64,000 bases of DNA. Origin: an uncultured Planctomycetaceae bacterium (GTDB taxonomy: Bacteria > Planctomycetota > Planctomycetia > Isosphaerales > Isosphaeraceae). Location of the stretch: positions 2,944,001 to 3,008,000 of the forward strand of contig CAWIAD010000001.1 of the NCBI GenBank assembly GCA_963833985.1, written 5' to 3'. Both the position numbers and the translations under genes were made by a program. A model generated the notes under the pieces. The model was given only the letters and a program-made list of their open reading frames with translations, was not told where the DNA came from and searched no databases. Every line of letters starts with the position of its first letter. The first letter of the stretch is position 1. Shown one piece after another: positions 10,116 to 19,211 of this stretch.

Positions 10116-13100
10116 TCAGCCTTTCCACGCCGCTCTCGGCGGTGATCCAGACAGGGGATCAAGCTCAATTCTCTTGGGTCTGTGCGCAAACCAGGGATAG
10201 ATGGCCGGCAAGACCAGTGAGGTGAGCATGGTTGAGGTGAACAGTCCGCCGATGACCACGGTGGCCAGCGGCCGCTGGATCTCGGCCCCGGGAGTTGTGG
10301 CCACGGCCATGGGAATGAAGCCCAGGCCGGCGACCAGGGCCGTCATGAGAATCGGCCGCAGCCGCACGATGGCAGCCTCCCGCGCCGCTTCGTGCGGCTC
10401 GACGCCCTCTTGCCGCAGGTGTTCCACCGCGCTCACCCAGACCAGACCGTTCAGCACGGCCACGCCGAAGAGGGCAATGAACCCGACCGCGGCCGAGATC
10501 GAGAAGGGCAGGTCGCGCAGGATCAGCGCGAACACGCCGCCGGTGGCGGCCATGGGGACGGCCAGGTAGATCAGCGCGGCCAGACGCATGGAATGGAACG
10601 TGCTGTAGAGCAGCAGGAAGATCATCAGCATGGCCACGGGAACGACGATGGCAAGGCGCTGAGAGGCCGTCTGAAGATGCTCGAACTGGCCGCCCCAGCG
10701 GAACATGTAGCCCGGGGGCCGCTTCACCTGGGCGTCGATGGCCTTCTGGGCTTCCGCCACGTAACCGGCAATGTCGCGGCCACGCACGTTGACTCCCACG
10801 TAAACCCGGCGCTGGACGTTCTCGCGTTCGACCTCGCTCGGCCCCTCCTCCAGCGCGATGTCGGCCAGCTCGGAGAGGGCGATCGGCCGCCCTTTGGGGT
10901 CGATGATCGGGATCGAGCCGATCTTTTCGGCGTCGTTGCGCCAGCTTTCGGGAAGCCGGACCTGCATCCGGAACCGCCGCTGGCCCTCGAAGACCGTCCC
11001 CACCGTCGTTCCGCCGAGCGCGGAGACGACATCCAGCACGTCCGACGCCTTGATGCCGTAGTAGGCCAGGTTCTCGCGGCGGACGTCGATGCGCAGCATC
11101 GGCAGCCGCCCGGTGGAGGGCACCTTGATGTCGTGCCCCCCGTGAATGGGTTCCAGCACGCGCTGGACCTCCGTGGCCAGTTGCCGCAGGACGTCCAGGT
11201 CGGGACCATAGATGAGGATGGCGACGTCGCTCTTGACGCCTGCCACCAGCTCGTTGACCCGCATCTCGATCGGCTGGCTGAAGCCGAACTTGACCCCGGG
11301 GACGTGCTCGGAGAGAAGGTCTTCCATCTCCTTGATGAGTCCGTCGCGCGTGAGGCCCGGGCGCCAGTCCTCCTGGGGTTTGAGCATGGTCCAGACATCC
11401 GTCTGGTGGACGCCCATGACGTCGTTGGCGATCTCGGGCCGGCCGGTCTTGCAGTAGACCATGCGGACCTCGGGAATGGTGCGCAGCAGCGTCTCGATCT
11501 GGGTCGACGCGGAGACGGCGCCCTCCAGCGCAGCGGAGGGAATGCGTACCGCCTCGATGAGGAGATCGCCCTCGTTGAGCCGGGGCATGAATTCAGCGCC
11601 CATGTTCCAGGCGACCGGTATGCTCGCGAGCACAAGGCCGATGGCGAGAGCGAGGGCCAGATGCGGATGCCCGATGAACGTATCGAGCACCGGAATGTAG
11701 ACGCGTTTGCAGAAGCGAATGAGCCAGAGCTCCTTCTCCTCGGCCTTGTCTTTCAGTCCCAGAGAGGCCATCACGGGCATGAAGGAGAGCGACAGGACGA
11801 GCGACCCGGCGAGGGCGAAGATGACCGTCAGGGCCATCGGCCGGAACAGCTTGCCTTCGGTTCCCACGAGCGCCAGGATCGGCAGATAAACGATGGCGAT
11901 GATCAGCTCGCCGAACATCGTCGGCTTCCGGACCTCGATGGCCGCGTCGCGCACGATCTCCAGCTTGGAGCGGCTGCCGCCCTCATGGGCGAGCCTGCGG
12001 ACGCAGTTCTCGATCATGATCACGCTGGAATCGACGATCAGGCCAAAGTCGATGGCTCCCAGGCTCATGAGGCTGGCCGAAAGCCCCGTGGCCAGCATGA
12101 TGTTGGCCGCGAAGAGCATGGAGAGCGGGATGGCGAGCGCGACGATCAGGCCGCCCCGGAGGTTGCCGAGCATGGCCAGCAGCACCAGCACCACCAATGC
12201 TCCTCCGGCCACCAGGTTGTGCAGCACGGTGCTAAGCGTCTGATTGATCAGATGCGTGCGGTCGTAGAGCGGCTCGATGGTCACACCCGGCGGCAAGCTC
12301 TTCTGGATCTCGGCGATCTCGGCCTTCACATCGGTGACCACCCTCCGGCCGTTCTGGCCGATGAGCATCATCACCAGCCCGGTGACGATCTCGCCCTGGC
12401 CGTCGCGGGTGGCCAGGCCGGCCCGGATCATCGGTGCGGGATGGACCCTGGCGACTCTGCCGATCGTCACCGGCACGCCTTCACGCTCGTCAATGACGAT
12501 GGCCGCGATGTCCTCGATCGAGCGGGCCTGGCTGACGCCGCGAATGTAGCGGGCCTCGCCCTCGTGGATCAGGTACCCGCCGCCCACGTTGGCATTGTTG
12601 TTCCGCAGGGCATTGAAGATATCGGTCATCGACAGGTGAAGGGTCCCCAGCTTGTCGGGATCGACCTCCACCTGATAGGTCTTCAGCTCCCCGCCATGGG
12701 CGTTGATCTCGGTCACTCCGGGAACCTTGCGAAGCTGGTAGGCGACGTACCAGTCGAGCAAGGTGCGCAGCTCCATCGGAGTGACGCCGGAACCCGGGGC
12801 CGCCTTCACCTGGAACTGGTAGACCTCGCCAAGCGCCGTGGCGATGGGACCGAGCATGGGCGTTCCGTACCCGGGCGGGATGGCCTCCGCCGCACGTGGC
12901 AGCCGCTCGCCAACCAGTTGCCTGGCCCTGTAAATGTCGGTTCCCTCCTGGAACACCACCGTCACCACCGAGATGCCGAACTTGGAGATCGAGCGGATCT
13001 GCTCCACGTTGGGCAGGCCGCTCATCGCTCCCTCGACCGGGAAGGAGAGCAGCGACTCGACTTCTCCAGGAGAGAGCGCGGGCGCCTCGGTGATGACCTG

Positions 13101-13241
13101 GACCTGCACGTTGGTCAGGTCCGGCACCGCGTCGATCGGCAGGTTGATGGCCGAGTAGATTCCCAGTCCGGCGACGAAGAACGTCCCCATCAGCACCAGG
13201 AACCGGTTGTTCAGCGACGATTCGATGATGGCGTTGAGCAT
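10116..13241 (-). CDS. CusA/CzcA family heavy-metal efflux RND permease
   Basis: 1041 aa; LPIDAVPDLTNVQVQV, SLGAIDFGLIVD, RLRPILMTAL, QRPLATVVIGG. Confidence 0.95.
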   Translation of the reverse strand: MLNAIIESSLNNRFLVLMGTFFVAGLGIYSAINLPIDAVPDLTNVQVQVITEAPALSPGEVESLLSFPVEGAMSGLPNVEQIRSISKFGISVVTVVFQEGTDIYRARQLVGERLPRAAEAIPPGYGTPMLGPIATALGEVYQFQVKAAPGSGVTPMELRTLLDWYVAYQLRKVPGVTEINAHGGELKTYQVEVDPDKLGTLHLSMTDIFNALRNNNANVGGGYLIHEGEARYIRGVSQARSIEDIAAIVIDEREGVPVTIGRVARVHPAPMIRAGLATRDGQGEIVTGLVMMLIGQNGRRVVTDVKAEIAEIQKSLPPGVTIEPLYDRTHLINQTLSTVLHNLVAGGALVVLVLLAMLGNLRGGLIVALAIPLSMLFAANIMLATGLSASLMSLGAIDFGLIVDSSVIMIENCVRRLAHEGGSRSKLEIVRDAAIEVRKPTMFGELIIAIVYLPILALVGTEGKLFRPMALTVIFALAGSLVLSLSFMPVMASLGLKDKAEEKELWLIRFCKRVYIPVLDTFIGHPHLALALAIGLVLASIPVAWNMGAEFMPRLNEGDLLIEAVRIPSAALEGAVSASTQIETLLRTIPEVRMVYCKTGRPEIANDVMGVHQTDVWTMLKPQEDWRPGLTRDGLIKEMEDLLSEHVPGVKFGFSQPIEMRVNELVAGVKSDVAILIYGPDLDVLRQLATEVQRVLEPIHGGHDIKVPSTGRLPMLRIDVRRENLAYYGIKASDVLDVVSALGGTTVGTVFEGQRRFRMQVRLPESWRNDAEKIGSIPIIDPKGRPIALSELADIALEEGPSEVERENVQRRVYVGVNVRGRDIAGYVAEAQKAIDAQVKRPPGYMFRWGGQFEHLQTASQRLAIVVPVAMLMIFLLLYSTFHSMRLAALIYLAVPMAATGGVFALILRDLPFSISAAVGFIALFGVAVLNGLVWVSAVEHLRQEGVEPHEAAREAAIVRLRPILMTALVAGLGFIPMAVATTPGAEIQRPLATVVIGGLFTSTMLTSLVLPAIYPWFAHRPKRIELDPLSGSPPRAAWKG

Positions 13242-13311
13242 GGTTCAGTCCCCGGGTTGCCGGTCATCTGGGTTCCGTGACTCGTGGCTGTGGGTGTTTC
13301 GCCCGACACCC

Positions 13312-14885
13312 TTACTCCTCCTCCGCCGTGTTCTGAAGCACCAGCTCCGACTTGAGCAAGAAGCGCCGCCGGCCACGACGGTATCGCCTTCCTTGAGCCC
13401 GGACTTGACGACGACGCGGTCGCCCGCGTCACGCCCGGTCTGCACCGGCAGGAAGGTGTAGGCATGTCGATCAGGTGCCAGGCTCTCGACGCCGCCGGGG
13501 ATGAAGACCCCGGTTTTGCCCTCGATCTCAACGACCGAGGCATGCGGAACGGTGAGCGCGTGCTCGGTGGTCGGGCTGTCCAGGAGAATGCGCACGAACA
13601 GGCCCGGAAGCAACAGCCCGTCCTTGTTATCAGTCTCGGCCAGGATCGGGACGGTCCGGGTCTGCGGGTCGACCAGCGCACCCACCGAGAGCAACCGGGC
13701 GGCGAACAACCGCTTGCCGTACCCGGTGGGTGAGAGCTGGATCTTGCCCCCCTTGATGCGCGGGACGCTGGCCACGTCCGATTCGGGAATATTCGCGGTC
13801 ACCCAGAGTGTGTTCAGGTCCGCGACCGTGAAGAGCACGTCGCTGAGCTCGGCCCGCTGGCTGGGGACCGCCGCTTTCTGGATGATCGTGCCGTCGAAGG
13901 GCGCGTGGAGCTCGTAAAGGGTCACATCCTCCTGAATGGCCAGCGAATCGGCACGCTCGGGGTGGTCGAGGTGCTCGCGGATATCCTCTGGCACGCCCAG
14001 GATGTGCAGCCGCTTGGCGGCGTCGATCACGTCGGACTCGGACTTGCGCACCTGCTGGTCGGCCAGCCTCTTGCCCTGGGCGGCGTCGAACTTCGCCTGC
14101 TCGATCGTGGCGTACAGCTTGGCCTGAAGCCCCTGCCGCGTGTGCAGGGCCAGCACGGCCGGGTGTTCGCCGATGACTTCCTGCCTCCGCAGGCCGGCGG
14201 TCTTCTCTTCCTCGTGCGCGGCGATGTCGAAGTCGGCGTAGGCTTGCAGCAATGAGCCCCGGTACATACCCAGCGGTTTGTCTGCGAACTCCTTCTCGAT
14301 GGCGGCGGGGTCGGTCCCTTTGCGGATCTCGGGGACGAGCAAGGCCACGGTGGCAGCGATCTCCGACTTCCAATCGGCCTCGATCCGGGCCGTGTTCAGC
14401 TCGCGCTGCCTGGCCCGAAGATTGAGCCGCCCCGTGCCGACATCGGGGCTGTCCAGGGTGGCCAGCAGATCGCCGCGCTTCACTTTCTTGCCGAGCTGTA
14501 CGTGAACCTCGCGGATCACGCCCGAGGCACGCGGTCGGATCGCGATCTGGCGATCGGCGTTGACCTCGATCCGACCCGGGACCGCAAGCTCGACTGGGAG
14601 ATCGTCGTAGTGCGCGTGTTCGGTGGTGACCTTCGCGACATCCAGCTTCGCCGTGCCGAGCACCACGGTTGTCGCCGTGTTGATCGCACCGGCTGCGGGG
14701 GAAGACTTATCCTTGACGGTGGCTGCGGACGATGACTTCGAATCTGCCGACGCGGTCTTCCATCCGGCAAGGTCCCAGGCCAGGTGAACTGCCAGGATCG
14801 CCAGACAGAAGCCCATGCCCAGCCACGGTAGAGCGAACTTGATCGCGGTGCCCCGGGCCGACATTCGAGAGAATGCGATTGCCAT
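13312..14885 (-). CDS. RND efflux periplasmic adaptor (CzcB/CusB-like), 1-nt frameshift near C-terminus
   Basis: IRPRASGVIREVHVQLGKKVKRGD, APFDGTII, VDPQTRTV; restoring one base near 13363 gives the canonical end GAFLLKSELVLQNTAEEE* (TAA 13312-13314). Confidence 0.9.
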
Positions 14886-15141
14886 CGCGGAAGATCTCCA
14901 ACCAGACGGGTGGTGTGTTGTCGGCGCGTTTTCGCCATATTCTGTATCAAGAGACGGCAAGCTGCCGACGGTCGTCAGAGCAGCCAGGCAGAAGCCGGCC
15001 GCTGGGGGGGGGCCGACTTCGTGGCGCGAGAGCGCGGTGGGACTCAAGAGGGCCGGGTCGTGCCTACGGCCTGATGCCGGTTTGCTGCCGGTTTCCCGCA
15101 GCCGGAGTTTGTCCGGGAGGAAAACCCGCTTTCAGGCAAGC

Positions 15142-15751
15142 TCAGCAGTTGCACCGTTGCGACAGTGCAACGAGCCCGGCGCAGGGATTCCCGGCTGGAA
15201 CCAGCTCATGATGCCAGGCGACCGCGTCCGGCGGCCCGAAGAAACCGCTGAAGGCCGCCTGACTGGCCAGATGGGGACCGGGGAGGTGTCTCTCAACGTC
15301 TTTGAGGATGCGGCTGCGGTGATCGGGCACCAGCGCTGAAAACGGGGTCCAGTCCGGAGCGAGATAGTCCAGGTGATAGGCATGAAGCTGGTGATGCGGC
15401 GTCGAGCGGGAATCCTCGCCGGCCTGATTCGCGTCTTGCACGGCCCGCGCCACGCTCGGCAGGATCCAGTGCCAGTGCACGACGGCGACGTCAGCATTCT
15501 CTCGCGTTGGGATGCCAGCGCAGCAGGTGGTCGTGGTGCGGGCAAACCTCGCCCGCTGCATGATGGTGGCGGATATTGTGAAAATCAGCCTGTGGCAATG
15601 GAACGTGAATCAGCCCCGGAATCAGGCACATGATTCCGAGACATCGCAAGCCAGCCTGGATGGACGATCGGGCGATCACGGCAATGCCCTGCTTGCGGCG
15701 ACGAGAGAGACGGAACTGGATTATTATGGAGGTGGGAAGGTACAAGGTCAA
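15142..15751 (-). CDS. His-rich hypothetical protein upstream of the efflux operon, split by a frameshift near 15500 (start uncertain)
   Basis: Frame 1 PLPQADFHNIRHHHAAGEVCPHHDHLLRWHP joins frame 2 ADVAVVHWHWILP...HHQLHAYHLD...QRCNC. Confidence 0.6.
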
Positions 15752-15844
15752 GGCAAGGCGCTCAGCGGCTGGTCAGCCAGTTCCCCGGGGGCCGTTGACG
15801 ACTGCCCATGAACCTGCTCTCTCCTATCACGCTGGAGTCCGTAC

Positions 15845-16582
15845 GTGGTCTCGTGGAACCCTGACTCGTGCGCTGCGTCGCTGCACAGCCTGCTGGTGAC
15901 CGATTTTGACGGCACCATGACGCAGCACGACTTTTACAAGCTCGCCGCACGTTCGCTCTTGCCGCCGGCGATGCCCGATTACTGGGCCGAGTACCGCTCC
16001 GGACGCCGCACCCACTTCCAGGCGCTCCAGGCAATCTTCGCCTCGATCCGCAAAGACAGAGCCGCGGTGCTGGCCGTCGTGGCCGAGATGAACCTCGATC
16101 CTGATCTGCCCCGCGCAGTCCAGGGGCTCCGCGACTCGGGCTGGGACGTGGTGGTGACGTCGGCGGGCTGCGACTGGTACATCCGGATCCTGCTGGAACG
16201 GGCGGGCGTCACGCTGCCGGTGTGGTCGAACCCTGGCCAGTTCGAGGAAGGACGCGGGCTGCTCATGGAACTGCCCCGGGAGAGCCCGTACCTCTCGCCG
16301 TCGCTCGGCGTGGACAAGGCCGCCATCGTGCGCGATGCCATTTCCCAGGGCCGGCGCGTGGCGTTCGCCGGGGATGGATTCCCCGACGCCGACGCCGCCC
16401 GGCTCGTCCAGCCGGACCTGCGGTTCGCGCGCGGCGACCTCGCCGACGTTCTCAGCCGCGAGGGGCAGGCTTTCCACACCTTCCACCGCTGGTCGGGGAT
16501 TGCCGAGGTCCTGTGCGGTCCCCTCGGAGTGGCCGCAAGCCCCGCCCGCAGCACGCCAGCCGATACGGAGCCGCGGCCATGA
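15845..16582 (+). CDS. MtnX-like HAD-IB phosphatase
   Basis: LVTDFDGTMT motif I, VVTSAG motif II, GVDK, FAGDGFPD motif IV, FARGDL. Confidence 0.9.
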   Translation: MVSWNPDSCAASLHSLLVTDFDGTMTQHDFYKLAARSLLPPAMPDYWAEYRSGRRTHFQALQAIFASIRKDRAAVLAVVAEMNLDPDLPRAVQGLRDSGWDVVVTSAGCDWYIRILLERAGVTLPVWSNPGQFEEGRGLLMELPRESPYLSPSLGVDKAAIVRDAISQGRRVAFAGDGFPDADAARLVQPDLRFARGDLADVLSREGQAFHTFHRWSGIAEVLCGPLGVAASPARSTPADTEPRP

Positions 16583-17631
16583 ACATGATCACCCAGGTTG
16601 CCATTCCCTCGCTGGTGCGCATGAAGCCCGGGGCTCTGGACCGCCTGGGGCTGTATCTTCAGCGCTCGGGGCATACGGCCGTCCTGCTGCTGATCAGCCA
16701 GGGGCTGGTCCCCGATTATGTGGCAAGGGTGACGCGCAGCCTCAAGGACCACGGCATCGACTGCCTGGGTGCCAGCGACGTCACCGACGCCAGTTTCGAG
16801 AGCGCCGTGACTCTCTTCACCCGGCCGACAGGCCGGCCCAGGGCCGTCGTCGGGCTCGGGGGCGGCAAGGCGCTCGATGTGGCCAAGTACCTCGCCTTCC
16901 TGGCACGGCTGCCTTACTACGCCGTACCCACATCGCTGTCCAACGACGGGTTCTCGAGCCCCCAGTCGAGCCTGACGGTGGCGGGCCGCCGGCGCTCGCT
17001 GGCGGCGGCCTTGCCCTATGCCGTGGTGGTGGACCTGGACGTCTGCCAGGCCGCGCCCCGCCCGCTCTGGCTCTCGGGCATCGGCGACCTGGTCTCCAAG
17101 CTCACGGCAATCTTCGACTGGAAGCTGGCGTTTCATCGCTGCGGAGAATCGGTCAACGACTTCGCGGCGCTCTTATCCGACGCCACGGTCTATCAGTTCC
17201 TGGCCCAGCCATCCTTCGACGCCGACGGCGCCCGGCTACTGGCCACGGCGCTCATGCTCAACGGCATTGCCATGGAGATCTGCGGTTCGTCGCGTCCGGC
17301 CAGCGGCAGCGAGCACCTGATCTCGCACGCCCTCGATGCGATCTCGAAGCGGCCCAGGCTGCACGGGCTGCAAGTCGGTGTCGCCACGTACCTGGTGAGC
17401 CGTTTGCAGCAGAACCAGAGCGACCGGATTGCTGACCTGTTCGACCGGGTGGGGTTCTGGAACGAGATCCATCACGATCCGTTCTCGCGGCAGGAATGGC
17501 GCGAGGCCATCCGGCTGGCACCCTCCATCAAGGAAGGCTTCTTCACGATCCTTTCGACCAGCGGCGCACTCGAGCAGGCAGAGCGGTTGCTGGTTGACGA
17601 CCCGCGGCTGTCGGCCTGCTTCACCGGCTGA
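16579..17631 (+). CDS. Glycerol-1-phosphate dehydrogenase-like (EgsA/AraM-type) metal-dependent dehydrogenase
   Basis: GLGGGKALDVAKY, VPTSLSNDGFSSP, SSRPASGSEHLISHALD, LHGLQVG; ATGA overlap with upstream phosphatase. Confidence 0.85.
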   Translation: MNMITQVAIPSLVRMKPGALDRLGLYLQRSGHTAVLLLISQGLVPDYVARVTRSLKDHGIDCLGASDVTDASFESAVTLFTRPTGRPRAVVGLGGGKALDVAKYLAFLARLPYYAVPTSLSNDGFSSPQSSLTVAGRRRSLAAALPYAVVVDLDVCQAAPRPLWLSGIGDLVSKLTAIFDWKLAFHRCGESVNDFAALLSDATVYQFLAQPSFDADGARLLATALMLNGIAMEICGSSRPASGSEHLISHALDAISKRPRLHGLQVGVATYLVSRLQQNQSDRIADLFDRVGFWNEIHHDPFSRQEWREAIRLAPSIKEGFFTILSTSGALEQAERLLVDDPRLSACFTG

Positions 17632-17692
17632 ACTGCCTTGATTCCGGCCAGACCCCACATTTCGCGTAACAAACCGGTCCCGGCGGCTACCA

Positions 17693-18222
17693 ATGGAGAT
17701 GTCCGAGCTTTCCGCGTCGGGATGGCGAATGGATCAGCAAACGGTTTTTCTGGAGCTCTTGCAAGCCAACTATGGCCGCTGGCGCGGCATCGCCCGCGCG
17801 TATGCGGGACATGACTTCGAGGACCTGCTCCAGGAAATCGTGCTCCAGGTCTGGCGCTCGCTGGCGACTTTTCGAGAGCAGTCGACACAGGCCACCTGGT
17901 CGTATCGCATCGCCTTGAACACCGCGATGAGCTGGCGCCGGTCGGAGCAAACGCGTCGCCGCAAGCTGCCCGTCCAGCAAGATTTCAGCCCCGCGCTGGT
18001 TCCTTCCCGTAGTGCGGAACCCTCAGGCTCCGACGAGCTCCAGCGGTTCCTGGCCGAGCTCCATTCCGCGGACAAGGCGATCCTGCTCCTGTTCCTGGAC
18101 GACGTCGGATACGAGCAGATGGCGCTGATCCTGGGAGCCACGCCGGGAGCACTTCGGCGCGAGTTCACCGCATCAAGAATCGGCTCGCGGAAATGTATCA
18201 AAGGCAAATCCATGAGTCTTGA
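17693..18222 (+). CDS. ECF sigma-70 factor (frameshift near 18158)
   Basis: EDLLQEIVLQVWRSL, TWSYRIALNTA, DKAILLLFLDDVGYEQMA; the alternative frame supplies RVHRIKNRLAEMYQ..* (region 4.2). Confidence 0.85.
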
Positions 18223-18824
18223 AGACTTTCAAAACCAATGGAGAAAAGAAATGGACTGCGCCATTCCCCGTCACGAGCTCGATCGAGCTCTTGAGGATCG
18301 TCCAGCACCGCTGTGCGACGCTCGAAAAGCAGGTGCACAGTCGCGACCTGCGCGAGGTGCTTGCCGCCTTGCTGGTCGTGGGCATTTTCGCGCCCTTGTG
18401 GCCGGTTTACCGCTCGTCGCGCGTGGCCATGCTGGGCGTGACGCTGATCGTCCTGGGAGCAGCGCTCATCGTCTATGTCCTCTTGGCGGCAAGAAGCGCC
18501 GCTCCCCTGTCGCTTCAGACCTCGGTACTGGAGTTTTCTCGCAATCGGCTGGTCTGGATTGATCGGCAAATCCACATGCTTCGAACCGTCATCTGGTGGT
18601 ATGTCACGCCGATCTGCGCCGGCGTCCTGCTGCTGACCTGGGGCGTCACAAAGGGAGACGGGGCGGTCTTCGGCGTCCAGGCCGTTGCGACGCTGTGCGT
18701 CGGGGCGGTGATTGTGTACCTCAATCACTGGACCGTCCGCAACAACCTGCGGCCCATCCGGGACGACCTGATCCGCCTGATCGAGTCACTGGAGCCCGGC
18801 GCCGCGAACGACCCGACGAACTGA
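18212..18824 (+). CDS. Multi-TM putative anti-sigma factor (frameshift near 18285)
   Basis: MSLEDFQNQW start overlapping the sigma stop; four hydrophobic helices, WWYVTP motif. Confidence 0.75.
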
Positions 18825-19058
18825 CCGGGTGCGATCGCGACCCGGCGCAGCACGGAGCGACCGTCCGGTCCGGGTGATCGAAGGGCTGTGGCGATGGTTG
18901 CCGGACCGCACAAGGGGAAATGAGCGCGCAACAAAAACAAGTTGCGTCCGCATTTCCGTCCTCGTTTGAATACCATCCAGGGTCCCGACGAAAGAATGAC
19001 AAAGTCCAGCTTCCCAGCACCTGTCGCACGCGAAAAAAGTTCAGCAGCGATTTTGTCG

Positions 19059-19137
19059 CCCCAATTCAGCTTGGCATTCGGCCTCACGAAGCGCCTCCCC
19101 AATTCAGCTTGAAACGGAGCCTCGCCAAGAATAATAT
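19059..19137 (+). promoter_or_regulatory. Candidate sigma-70 promoter of gmrSD with a 15-bp direct repeat
   Basis: CCCCAATTCAGCTTG at 19059-19073 and 19097-19111; TTGAAA (19109)-17 nt-TAATAT (19132). Confidence 0.4.
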
Positions 19138-19211
19138 GTTGATGCCCTTTCTTTCTCGTGGTTCTCCTAGTGAGTTAGACCCCGCCCCCCTGGTTTAGAT
19201 AAGGTTTGGGC

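Noticed and set aside
10392..13280. 962-aa plus-strand ORF, and similar long antisense ORFs elsewhere
   Set aside because: Antisense shadow of the RND gene, expected in high-GC DNA; no recognisable motifs
16579..17631. Archaeal-type ether lipid pathway
   Set aside because: No GGGP/DGGGP synthase or CarS gene in the window; a G1PDH-like gene alone is insufficient
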